Made by a program: the position numbers and the translations under genes
Shown here: positions 46,959 to 58,029 of the stretch, piece after piece
How positions within the stretch are numbered: the first letter of the stretch is position 1
How the letters are laid out: every line of letters begins with the position of its first letter
Notes under the pieces: model-generated
What the model saw: the letters and a program-made list of their open reading frames with translations, nothing else
Told to the model about the DNA's origin: nothing
Database searches by the model: none
Assembly: GCA_965644495.1 (NCBI GenBank)
Contig: CBFFSA010000009.1
Span: 682,001 to 746,000, forward strand
DNA length: 64,000 nt
Reading direction: 5' to 3'
Origin: Perkinsela sp. CCAP 1560/9
Lineage: Eukaryota; Protista; Euglenozoa: Kinetoplastea

Positions 46959-49330
46959 TAATTGACATTCGGGGGCACAGGCTCGCGCGTGATCCATGAA
47001 ATGAAAGATATATAGTATATAGATGACTTGCTCGAATTCAATTTCACATGACTTCCCGCTTCAGCTTTAAACGTCTAAATTTATAACTTTTTTCTCAATT
47101 TTGCTTTGGTCTCCGAATAACTAATTACTAACTAACGAAAGGGCCGTCCGCACGTGGACGTGGGGAGGTGGGTGGGAAACTTTATCTGGATATGAACAGT
47201 ACAAAATGGATACTAGACAATTTATAGAAAATACGGTCGTATCCCTATTATCTTATTTTACCCACCCGTTTATCAATTACTTACGCAAGCTTTTATAATT
47301 GACATTCGGGGGCACAGGCTCGCGCGTGATCCATGAAATGAAAGATATATAGTATATAGATGACTTGCTCGAATTCAATTTCACATGACTTCCCGCTTCA
47401 GCTTTTAATGTCTAAATTTATAACTTTCTTCTCAATTTTGCTTTGGTCTCCGAATAACTAATTACTAACTAACGAAAGGGCCGTCCGCACCCGCCGCGTT
47501 CGCTAGTTCCATTCCATCCTGTCGCCAAGTCAAATACCGATTTCGGCTCCAGGGATCGGCGTAGTTCTGCTTCGTCGACACATAGCGCGGTATTACTTTG
47601 AGGTTGTGGTTTGACATGTAATCACAAAGTCGGACTAAGACGCGTGCGATACTCTCTGAATCCGCCCACTGTTTCTGTAGGGCGAATCCTACGCTCGTGT
47701 TATCGACGTACAGATTTATTGTTGTAATAGTCTTCCAATGTCGTTGAAAGGACAGAAGGGCATTTTCTACGGCCAGGGCTTCGCCTTCATTTATTTCAGT
47801 TTTGTGGATCCATGGCGCCCCTGTACCGTACACTGTTCCGCCCGGAAGAAAGAGGACTGCACCCCATCCATCGAGGGATGCGTCTGTGTAAAGTGTTGCG
47901 GCTTGCGAAGAGTATCCAACGTACGTTTGCCACGTAGTACGCTTAACCTTTTGCGCCCAGTCGTGTAACTGGTTCATATTTCCCGGAGGCGGCTGTAATA
48001 ATGTAGTATCTGATATCATCCCTTTTTTTAACTTCGAAACCTGACGCCGTACGTACTTTATGATCCAATAGTACCTTGGCAATGGAATTTGGAGTATGCC
48101 AGACGCATACACTAGACGCGCACAAAGCGTCTCATAGAAGTAATAAGGGGCCTCTAGCGGCAATGTTCCGGGGATTTTCTCGATGAATGATTCGTTCATA
48201 CGATAGCACTGACTCTCGTGGTGATACCTCACCCCCAACCAGTCGTATTCCACCTCTGGGTCAAAGGAGTAATCTTTAAGTGTTACGCCGGAAAACAAAG
48301 CGCGATCAAACACTCATCCTGCATAATCTCTGCAGACATCTCTTTTCCCGCACAGACGAAAACCGTCAACCTACACATCGAGATGTGACGCATCCTCCAG
48401 GATAGGGTCTGTCGTATATGAAGTGTGTCCGGCAATCACGGATGTAATAATTTGCATGACTTCCAGAGCCATGCTATGCCCCATAGGCATGCGTGTCATC
48501 TGGTATGTGGCTCCAGAGTGGATAAAGCGGTAAAATGGCCGACTAGGTGCAGGTAATTCCAGCTGGAAGAATGCAGAGGACAAGTCACGCTGCACGGCGC
48601 ACTCCTCTCGGACTTGGGAGACATACTTGACCGGCTGTTCCAACGGCATCTCTGCCTTGTATGTCGTTGCAATTGCCTCATTATGTTGCTTGGTCCAGGT
48701 TATGAATCTGCGCCGGAATTGACCGTTCCTACTCTCTAGATTTGTAAATGGGATCACCCACGCCCGAATGGAGTTGCTGTACGTATGTTCCACGAGTTCG
48801 ATTATGTCAGCCTGCATTAAAGATTTGATATGTGAGTGCGTCAAATCTTTTGTTGTGACAGGGGAGGGTTTTAGTTGGCGTAGTAATCCTGTTGGATTCG
48901 TTATCTTCCCCCATATCTGATCAAAGCGTGTACGTACGTAATAATAATAATGTACCACTTTGTTCTTAGTGGTGAGGAGTCGATCAATCATGACTTTAAA
49001 CATTAAACACTAAACGCGACTTCTTAGCCTGTTGGAAAATGTCTCTTGCAGCATTTATGGAGGCACACTCGCTTGTCTTTGCATTGTAAAGACGTGTGGT
49101 GTACGTACGTGTGGCAACATCAAATCTCTAATTCGGTGCAGTCGTAGCGGCTTTACCCGACGTGCATGTATCGGCAATGTTTGCATCATTTCCTGGGTCG
49201 GACGTTCAGTTTTCCGGTGTATACGCGACCATACCCTCTTTGGGCTCCAAGCCGCGTCATTCAAGCCTTTTTCGTACACGCATGCCATTCTTTCTCTGTC
49301 TTGGGGCTTTCCGATGTATGGAGATGTTAT
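46959..49330 (-). mobile_element. TATE/VIPER-like retroelement 3' part (RT/RNase H and terminal direct repeats)
   Basis: ORFs 48371-49003 (WVIPFT, RDLSSAFFQ, MPMGH) and 47465-48313 (LYTDAS..GWGAV, YVDN, NYADPWSR). ~195 bp direct repeat at 46959-47152 / 47297-47490. Confidence 0.8.
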
Positions 49331-49426
49331 TCCTGTATGATTCGGGGAATCGCGTGACTTTGTGTTTGATCCTACAAATGGCTCTCCTGGAAACTGCTAC
49401 TTACGAGCGGCCGCCTACTGGGCTGC

Positions 49427-50500
49427 GTGAATTACCTCCTCCCCAACAAGAACAACTCGATTTCTCTATTTTGCGCAGACGACCTGTTCCTGTCCCGCTT
49501 TTACCTGTGTTTCTCATTGGCGGAGTATTACAGATATTCCACAAGGACTGATGCAACAAGGACTGGTGCAGAACACTGGATGCGGAATCATGATTTGTTT
49601 TTCCCACCTATTTGTCCTTCGCACGGGATGCACTTTATGTCCGACGTTCCAGGGAAACCAAATCTAAGTATGTGTGGGCATCGAGAACCCGGCAAGGTGA
49701 ACCGTTGCCGATTGAAAGTTTGTAAGTGGTCACCATTTATTTCTCCCCGTACGCAACTTACTCCAGGGCAAGTCTTGCTCGTATGGGCAGACATTGCGAA
49801 CAACATGTGCACGGGTCAAATAACGCGTAATCGTGGACTTGATCGCAAGGTGGTTCAGGATCTCCTGCACACTCTTGCTGATGCAGCGCTCCGTAACGAA
49901 ACCATGTCTCATTATGAATTCAGTCGAGTGCAGGTCGATGAGACCTTCATCGGCAAACGGAAGTATAATCGGGACCGTAGACAGCGGAAAAGGGGATGGT
50001 GGTTCGCAACTGTCACGGAGTCTCGTGGCACTGGTAAAACGGGGCGGACCCATTGGAAATTGGTAAAGCGTCGTGATACGCCTACCCTTCATGGCTTCAT
50101 CATTCCCCATCTTGCCAGTGCGCGATCCGTGGTAGTGAGCGATTGTTGGGGGGCTTACAATGGTTTGGACAAAGTTTGTCGTCACTACTCCGTGAATCAT
50201 AGTAAGGAGTTTGTGAACAAGAACGGATATCATACTAATGGTGCTGGGAGTGTCCACAACACCATTAAGTATTGGGTAAGACTCCAACACTATAATTTTG
50301 GGGCAACAACGTTGGAGTTGAAGCGAAACGTCGCGCTCCAGTGTGTAAAGTATGGGGAGACCCATAATGGCCGCGAGCAGTCTTGGCAGAGTCGCTTTGT
50401 TAATATAATGAAGTGTATTAAAGACAACTACGGTTTTCCCGTTCACGAAGAATTTGAGGAACTCAGTTCCGATAGTTGCGCATCAGACTACGAGGGATGA
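49427..50500 (+). CDS. Merlin (IS1595/IS1016-like) DDE transposase, probably inactive
   Basis: VQVDETFIGKRKYNR, VVSDCWGAY, HYSVNHSKEFV..HTNGAGS (expected E replaced by G), N-terminal Cys cluster. Confidence 0.85.
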   Translation: MNYLLPNKNNSISLFCADDLFLSRFYLCFSLAEYYRYSTRTDATRTGAEHWMRNHDLFFPPICPSHGMHFMSDVPGKPNLSMCGHREPGKVNRCRLKVCKWSPFISPRTQLTPGQVLLVWADIANNMCTGQITRNRGLDRKVVQDLLHTLADAALRNETMSHYEFSRVQVDETFIGKRKYNRDRRQRKRGWWFATVTESRGTGKTGRTHWKLVKRRDTPTLHGFIIPHLASARSVVVSDCWGAYNGLDKVCRHYSVNHSKEFVNKNGYHTNGAGSVHNTIKYWVRLQHYNFGATTLELKRNVALQCVKYGETHNGREQSWQSRFVNIMKCIKDNYGFPVHEEFEELSSDSCASDYEG

Positions 50501-50804
50501 CGCTTTTTATAATATTTGTTCATACGCAGTCTTTTTTTTGTGTATTACTTATTTTGCTGGGACTCAGGGCTCAACCTGACTGGATAAAAAAAACAAGAAA
50601 AAATAAAAAAAATTGTTTTGGGCGCAAGAATACCATGAAAGCAAGGTTTAATCCTTCAAGACATAAAGATGCTGTTTCTGTACGTGTCCTCACGATCCCT
50701 ATTAGTGCGCGCAAGGACTATAACGGTAATTCAGTCTCGCTTACAATAAAAAACCAAGCTCCGTTCGTCGAGCATTTTTTTACAAAAAAAATTGCGTTTT
50801 CATT

Positions 50805-50915
50805 TATCGAACAGGATGTCCTGTTCGATGAATGATTCATCGAACGGATCGTACTGCAATACATTCATCGAACAGGACATCCTGTTCGAAAAAATATTCA
50901 TCGAACGGAGTTCGA
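50805..50915. repeat. Palindromic subterminal repeats, probably the Merlin right end
   Basis: TCGAACAGGAYRTCCTGTTCGA twice, plus repeated TTCATCGAAC. Confidence 0.7.
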
Positions 50916-51018
50916 TCTTAGCCCTGAGTTTATTCCCGCAGTAGTGGCACTCTATCGTGACATAATACACGCGTACGGATACAGTGACTACCCTGAACGT
51001 AATCGCATATGAAATAAA

Positions 51019-51857
51019 GTGCTATCGGCCACCAAGCTCTCCTTAGCCAACATACGAACGCTCAGCAACAGACAAAGGAAACGACGCCCGCCATCTGATT
51101 CGAACCACAATAATGAAGAAGGACGTTCGTTGGAAGCGATTCACGATAAAGAAAGCGAAACTGATCAAGAAAAAGACAGCGATGATCGAGCAATAAAAAA
51201 GTCGACACGATTGGTTCTGGAAGGATGCAACACTAAGGCAGCGAAAGTTCTTGATCAAACATTCCAGAAAAATGAATTATCGGATCAAGAAACTATCGAG
51301 AAGCTGGGAGAACTTCACCCCCAACGACCCTCCGAGTTACGGGTACCGAGCGATGCCCCATAATTGCCGGAATATCACCAGAGGAGTTGCGGGCAGCTTG
51401 CCGACGACTGGCCAAAGGTGCCAGCCCAGGGCCATCAGGGACTACGGATACCACCCTGAGACTTCTAGTCGACGATGAGCCAGCGGTTATCAATTTATGT
51501 CATATGATTGCGGATTTGCTGAATGGCTTCCTTTCAAAGCAAGTAATACAACGATTGAACCGTGCTAGACTCGTTGCGATTCCTAAGCCAGACGGGGGGC
51601 TTCGACCAATAGCTATGGGGGAGGTCATAGGAAAGCTCGCAGGGATTGTACTACTACAAAGATACGAGCACACGCTTGAGCCCCTTTTCGCCCCGATGTA
51701 ACAAGGAAACCTGTCCAGAGCGGGACGTGAACGCATTGTACACACTTTGCGCGATCGATATCTTAAAGGCCAGGCCATTCTCTCCATTGATCTTAAAAAT
51801 GCCTTTAACTCACCATCCAGAAACGACATTGCGAAACACGTCTTTGGTCTCAGCACA
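51019..51857 (+). pseudogene. Divergent CRE/SLACS-like RT fragment
   Basis: GASPGPSG, ARLVAIPKPDGGLRPIAMGE, IDLKNAFN. Ends at the satellite. Confidence 0.8.
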
Positions 51858-52827
51858 TTCCTATTAAAGTTGATTTCTTCCTATTAAAGTTGATTTCTTC
51901 CTATAAAGTTGATTTCTTTCTATTAAAGTTGATTTCTTCCTATTAAAGTTGATTTCTTCCTATTAAAGTTGATTTCTTCCTATTAAAGTTGATTTCTTCC
52001 TATTAAGTTGATTTCTTCCTATTAAAGTTGATTTCTTCCTATTAAGTTGATTTCTTCCTATTAAAGTTGATTTCTTTCTATTAAAGTTGATTTCTTCCTA
52101 TTAAGTTGACTTCTTCCTATTAAAGTTGATTTCTTCCTATTAGGTTGATTTCTTCCTATTAAGTTGATTTCTTCCCATAAGTTGATTTCTTCCTATTAAG
52201 TTGATTTCTTCCTATTAAGTTGATTTCTTCCTATAAGTTGATTTCTTCCTATTAAAGTTGATTTCTTTCTATTAAAGTTGATTTCTTCCTATTAAGTTGA
52301 CTTCTTCCTATTAAAGTTGATTTCTTCCTATTAGGTTGATTTCTTCCTATTAAGTTGATTTCTTCCCATAAGTTGATTTCTTCCTATTAAGTTGATTTCT
52401 TCCTATTAAGTTGATTTCTTCCTATTATGTTGATTTCTTCCTATTAAGTTGATTTCTTCCTATTAAGTTGATTTCTTCCTATTCAGTTGATTTCTTCCTA
52501 TTCAGTTGATTTCTTCCTATTAAGTTGATTTCTTCCTATTAAGTTGATTTCTTCCTATTCAGTTGATTTCTTCCTATTCAGTTGATTTCTTCCTATTAGG
52601 TTGATTTCTTCCTATTAAGTTGATTTCTTCCTATTAAGTTGATTTCTTCCTATTAAGTTGATTTCTTCCTATTAAGTTGATTTCTTCCTATTAAGTTGAT
52701 TTCTTCCTATTAAGTTGATTTCTTCCTATTAAGTTGATTTCTTCCTATTAAGTTGATTTCTTCCTATTAAGTTGATTTCTTCCTATTAAGTTGATTTCTT
52801 CCTATTAAGTTGATTTCTTCCTATTAA
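51858..52827. repeat. Minisatellite, ~50 x 19-20 bp (CTATTAAGTTGATTTCTTC)
   Basis: Contiguous tandem units with no spacers. Confidence 0.97.
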
Positions 52828-53279
52828 TGAATATTTCTAGGGAGAAGGCGGAGGCGTCCGGACCTTTTGCCAGCTTGCTCTCGGTCAAAGAGAAGTTACG
52901 GAAGGCCACGTGTCAACGGGGAAACCTCTTTCTGCCTACTCAGCGGAGAGAGGGAGTAGCGATACTCCGGCAGCGGGCCCTGTGTCGAATGCAGTCACTT
53001 ATGGTTCCGGGGAAGAGGTTCGTCATAACCTGGTGCAAGTCATATGACTATAGTACGAGGATGTGGGAAGGTTCTGTTGTGTCGGTTGAACCGGACGGTT
53101 TCCGCTAGGTAAAATTTGATGCAGTAGTTGACCGATTTTTTCATTTTCCTCCGAAGGATCCTCGAATACTTGTGTCAGGGGGGCGAGTTGCTTCTCTGGA
53201 TACTAAAAGGATTCGCAAGAGATATAGGAAGCGCAAATGCTGTTCTCGGCGTGGCGTCCGGGAGCAGAGACCCAACATT

Positions 53280-53883
53280 TATGCTATGAACGAGGACTTT
53301 GTACTTGGCAGCTTGAACGTGGACACGTTGAAAATTAAGAGTACGGAAGTGAACGCACTGCGTAGGTCCCTTAGGTTACATCAAGTGGTTAACTGCATGA
53401 AGAGCTACGGCATATCCATCTTTGCACTACAAGAGACGAGACTAAGCTTTGCAAATAATGACTCCATCGTGCATCAAAAATTATACATTGGGAGAGGATG
53501 GATTCATGTATCTTATGAGCGCTACGGCCGGTTATAATGGTATGGCATTCTTAAGTACGAAACCGCTTACAGTCGAACAAATATCACACCGAATTATGGA
53601 GGCAGAGGTTAGAATTGGGAATAGTAAAGTCAATATTTTTAACGTGTACTCCCCGATTGTAACGGCCAAGAAGGAGAAGCAAGATGATTTCGACAAATCC
53701 CTTTTCGATGCCTGGCACGAATCGAGTGCTGCAATGAAGGTTATTTGTGGGGACATGAATGCACCATTGCAAACAGCAGGAGGTAGAAAGTGCTATTCTA
53801 AAAGGGCCAAAGATTTACGAAAATTTCTTCAGAGTTTGGGGGCGAAATCTTCACACGAAACGTGCACTTCGAAACGCAAGTGA
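53280..53883 (+). pseudogene. APE endonuclease fragment related to the 17806 LINE
   Basis: GSLNVDTLK, ALQET, YNGMAF, NVYSP, GDMNA. Confidence 0.82.
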
Positions 53884-53979
53884 CGTTGAAGAAATGCAAT
53901 TGACGTTGAAGATGTACACCGTAAAATCAGCAAGGATGAACGTTCTAATGACAAATTTTACCAGCACGTAGCAGACCAA

Positions 53980-54261
53980 TTGACTGAACGGGATAAAGCC
54001 AAGAAGAAGTATTACGCTGCGAACTTTTCTGCGCCCTATTACCCACCACCGTTCCAAGGTTTCCCACCACCACCACCACCACCGGGACCGTCGATGCAAG
54101 CCAACATATTTCCCGGTGGACTACCTTGCCGTAATCGTTTATTGTGTTTCAATTGTCGTTCCCCCGATCATATCCTACGCCAGTGTCCGTATCTACGCCA
54201 GCAGCCGGATTTTCGGTCGCGGGTGTCTGGCACCGCTCATCAGAGCGGAAAGTCGTTATAG
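53980..54261 (+). pseudogene. gag-like C-terminus with CCHC knuckle
   Basis: CFNCRSPDHILRQC. Ends ..FRSRVSG, similar to ..FRSGVTSG in 63111-63371. Confidence 0.65.
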
Positions 54262-54429
54262 GACGACCACCCGAAAATTGCCAGTGTCCCGGCCCCCCGG
54301 AAACGGGGGCGCTTTGGGGCGGAAACCTCGCTAGTAACCAAACGTTTCAAGAACTGTTCAGGGGAATATGTGACAAGCTCAGTAAACTTGAAAGGAAGGT
54401 TGGTGAACTCGACGCAAGTGTACGGAGGA

Positions 54430-55489
54430 GTTTTGAGTTTGCAACAATCAAACCAAGCGAGAAGGAAATTGACACAGCATCTCATGGGAGTGACTTTGGT
54501 AACGCACGAAGTACGGATAGCGCTGGACGCCATGGCGTCGATGTGGGCATTTTGGCCGCGTCATTTCTATAACGTGCGTAGGGTTATACAAAGGCATGAA
54601 GGATTTAAACGAAATTGGCTCACGTGGTCGCCATAATATACTGAATGATCAGGAGTCATCTCTTCTCCTGCGAGTATTCGACCAATTACGTGAACAAAGT
54701 ATCCCTATTTACGCATCACTTATAGCAAGCGTCGCCCGAGGAATCAAAGAGGGTTGTTCACCTAGATCCACGACTTTGAATGGGGGTTGTCTAAAGTTTT
54801 CTTCCTCTTGGGCAAAGGATTGGATGAAAAGAAATAACATACGCGTGCGTCATGCCACAAGCGACCGTACCGTGACTCCAGGCGAAGTAATCGAATCATC
54901 TAAGAAATTTTTCTTCCAACTTGAGGTCTTCAAAGGTATATGCGATAAAGAGTTTGTATTCAATTCTGACGAATTTTTTGCGTGTTTGGGATTAGGCAGA
55001 TCGAACGCTACTTGGACATGGGAGCGCATTGATCGCGGAGAATAGCGTACAATATCTGTTCGTAAAGAAAAACAGGGATTCACTTGCAATGTTTTGTCAT
55101 CTGCGGCAGGAAGTGTTAAGATGTTGCAATTCATTTACCAAGGAACAAGTCGTGCATTTGTAAACACAGGCAATGACCCACGCGTTCTTCAATGTGCCAG
55201 AAAAGAATCTCATTTCCAGGATTCTTCAACTTGATCGACCTTTTTAGCGCGTTTTAAAGAAATACTTTCTTTGGAGCGTGAAGCGCAAAAGAAACCGGAA
55301 GCTCGGGCTCTTCTGATCATTGATGAAGCGACCCAGCATGGTAGTACAGATTCTATACTTCAGGATGCGTCTTGTGGAGTAGTTTGCGTCCCGAAAAAAA
55401 TGACTCACGTGTTTCAGCCAGCGGATCAGTTCATTATTTCTGGGTTAAAAGAGCGTGCTGTGCAACTTTATAACAGTGATATATGCTAA
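54430..55489 (+). pseudogene. pogo/Tigger-like (CENP-B HTH + DDE) transposase, N-terminal part
   Basis: FSSSWAKDWMKRNNI, FNSDE, IIDEATQH..PKKMTHVFQPADQ. In-frame stops. Confidence 0.78.
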
Positions 55490-55637
55490 GATCGGCTGCT
55501 CGGCCGACGGACCGTCCGCATTTTTGTCAAAAACATTATTTGCTCGAGCTACCGAGATGGGGAGAAGACCACAAGGACGAGCGAACTGAACGATCCATCC
55601 GGGACGGAACCAGAGAACATCGTTCCAAAAGCGCATA

Positions 55638-57213
55638 TTATGATTTTTTTGTAGACGAGTCTTGTGAAAAAGAAGTGCTTCTCCCTATTAGAGAATTGGA
55701 CATGTCCGGAGATACCTCCTTCAGCTTTTCGAGGCATCCGATTAGAGTAGATCGTAGTTGTTGACGGCAGAAAACTGGGGCATCCTCCCCAAGGCCATGG
55801 TACGATTGACGGAAGGTTTCTTCCGCCTTCATAACTCCCTGATCGAAGCGAGCCAGAGCGAGATCCAGAGCAACTCCCTTGTATTTCCCTTTTGATGCAC
55901 TCGCTCGTCCTCCTGAATAAAAGGACTGACTGAACGCTTTTTTGAAAAGAAAGCACGGCGACTCTTCGTAGGGCTTCAAGGTCGTTTGGCAAATGTTATT
56001 CAGCATATGACCTATGCAAGACAGGAGTATTATCGAAGGGACACGAGAAGATATGCCTTGCTGAAGTGCTGCAGTTTCACTCTCCCCAATCGGGGAAATT
56101 TGGTCATATATGCGTTTGAGAGCTCCTTCGCAATTGTTACGTGCCACGTGATTCACAGAACTTCCGTCCGCGATCATGAATTTTAGCTTTAAAAGTCGGT
56201 GCTCACCAAGATTCGCCTGAAGAGTAAACACTAGTTGTTCGGCTACTGTTTTTCCATCAAAAGCACGATGACTAGGAGAATAAATGGGAGGTAAGACGTA
56301 TTCTTCAGGGCCTACATATAAGACGGACAATAAAATGTGCTCAGACTTTGCTCGGTCGATTCCTGCATCAACGGCAATTCCGTACACCATGTGTAAGTCA
56401 ATGGCAGCGCAAAGCTTCTCCCAGACTTCGTGGGCTAAAATTTCACAGTGTTGATGCCACTGCTTCAAATTTGTTTCCGGAATAGCCTTTTTGATAACAT
56501 TCGGTGGAAGGTCGGGGCGGAGATCCTCATACTTGCGAATCAGCCAAACGAATTTACTCGACGGAAGGTTTGTTAGGGTCTGTAGACATGGGAGCACCTT
56601 CCCAGCGAATCTTTGAACGGCCGCTCTTTGAATAAACGAAACCTGCGCAGTCGCCAAGCGAGCTCGCTCCACGCCCTCACGACACTCGCGTACATGCTTA
56701 TGATAGACGTTTTTAAATCGGCAATGAGATTGAAACGTGCAACCCTCTGTCGTGCACACAAAGTGTACTTTTTGGTTAAGGGGGTCTGTGAGAACATCCG
56801 CGTGTTCATGCGGACAGTTTGGCGGGCAACGAGCCAAATTAAAGTGCCCAGACAAAGACTTCACCGTCATCTTGTGCCGCTCGTTTCGCTTTGATCGCTT
56901 TGGGTCCGGGGTCACCATCTCATCCTCAGAGCTTGATTCAGATGAAGCGATCGGTTCGGGCGTACTGACTGTCGATGATCTTCGTTTGGGCATGTAATAA
57001 ATAGAAGATAAAAGTGCAACGCTATCAGCAAAGTGAATGATATTATGATTGAAGGAAAAAGAATCTGAGATTTTTCCGATAGAGATACAAAAATAAAACA
57101 TTCAAAATCATTTAAGGTACAACTTTTCAGTTCCTGTCATCGAGCGGGTAAACGTGGGTAAAGCGGGTAAATGGGTAATTTACCCGGGTAATTACCCATT
57201 TACCCGGCAGGGG
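55638..57213 (-). mobile_element. hAT-like transposase relic with GGGTAA/TTACCC subterminal repeats
   Basis: ORF 55638-57101: C2H2-like CTTEGC..H..H, GIAVDAG, MIADGSSVN, SCIGHMLN (CxxH). Clustered GGGTAA motifs at 57145-57207. Confidence 0.7.
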
Positions 57214-57266
57214 TATGTATAGCCCGTATTTTTTCGGGCTCTGAGAACAGCACGGCAGTATCTAAT

Positions 57267-57752
57267 ATGGTAAGCACATCCCGCACTCTCTGTCGCGAAA
57301 AAAAGGTTTCCTATATCATCCAAGCAATGAATGAAATTTCTCCTGCGCAAATTCTTGCCTCTTGGGAAGTTACAGAAATACCCAAGGTTTTGTTTGGTGA
57401 AGTAAAAACGCGCTCTTCTCGCCTTGATGCGTATAAAAACTTACAAACTCACTTAGGATCATCAGGGGACAACATATTCGTTGACGCGGATGATCAAGAG
57501 CAAACTCCATTGCCTATACCAAACGACGAGATAGCTACCTCCAATTTACCTAGTGAAAGAAGAAAACGCGGACGCCCTCGGAAAATACTATCGAGTGGGG
57601 ACCTCGAAATGCAGCGACGCGAAGCCGAAGATATTGCCAATCTGCGCCACCGCCTACGCGGAATGACACGTAAGCGTAGAGAGCAATATAAGTCCGCCAA
57701 AGAATTGCACATTGCCCCATTGACATCCTATGGAATAGGGCCGCGCAATTGA
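57267..57752 (+). pseudogene. Probable C-terminal continuation of the pogo-like transposase
   Basis: IIQAMNEISPAQILASW resembles the post-DDE segment. AT-hook RKRGRPRK. Same strand, just after the hAT insertion. Confidence 0.55.
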
Positions 57753-58029
57753 TCAAACTGGATTCGCTCAATATAGTCATGAAAAAAATGATGAGTAATG
57801 ATTACTTCTTTATTGGTAAACTTTTGAATTTCCAGAGAGCTTTCATTAGTTATTTTGGGGTTTTTTACGCCGTGTTATGGACATACTGTAATGCTTTTTC
57901 TCCTCTCGAAATTTTTCTAGCTCTCTGGCATTTTTTGTTTCGCCATACAAATATTAGTGGGACAAAAATTAATGTTTTTTTAATTAATATTTGCATGGGT
58001 CCAACACTAATTAAAAAAACATTAAATTT

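Noticed and set aside
49427-50500. Bacterial IS1595 or IS630 elements implying prokaryotic origin
   Set aside because: Eukaryotic Merlin and Tc1 relatives explain the motifs. The neighbours are non-LTR and DIRS-type elements with SL sequences.
51858-52827. CRISPR array
   Set aside because: Contiguous tandem units with no unique spacers, no cas genes, eukaryotic context.
57145-57207. Telomeric repeat
   Set aside because: GGGTAA motifs are few, in both orientations and not tandem, which fits transposon subterminal repeats.
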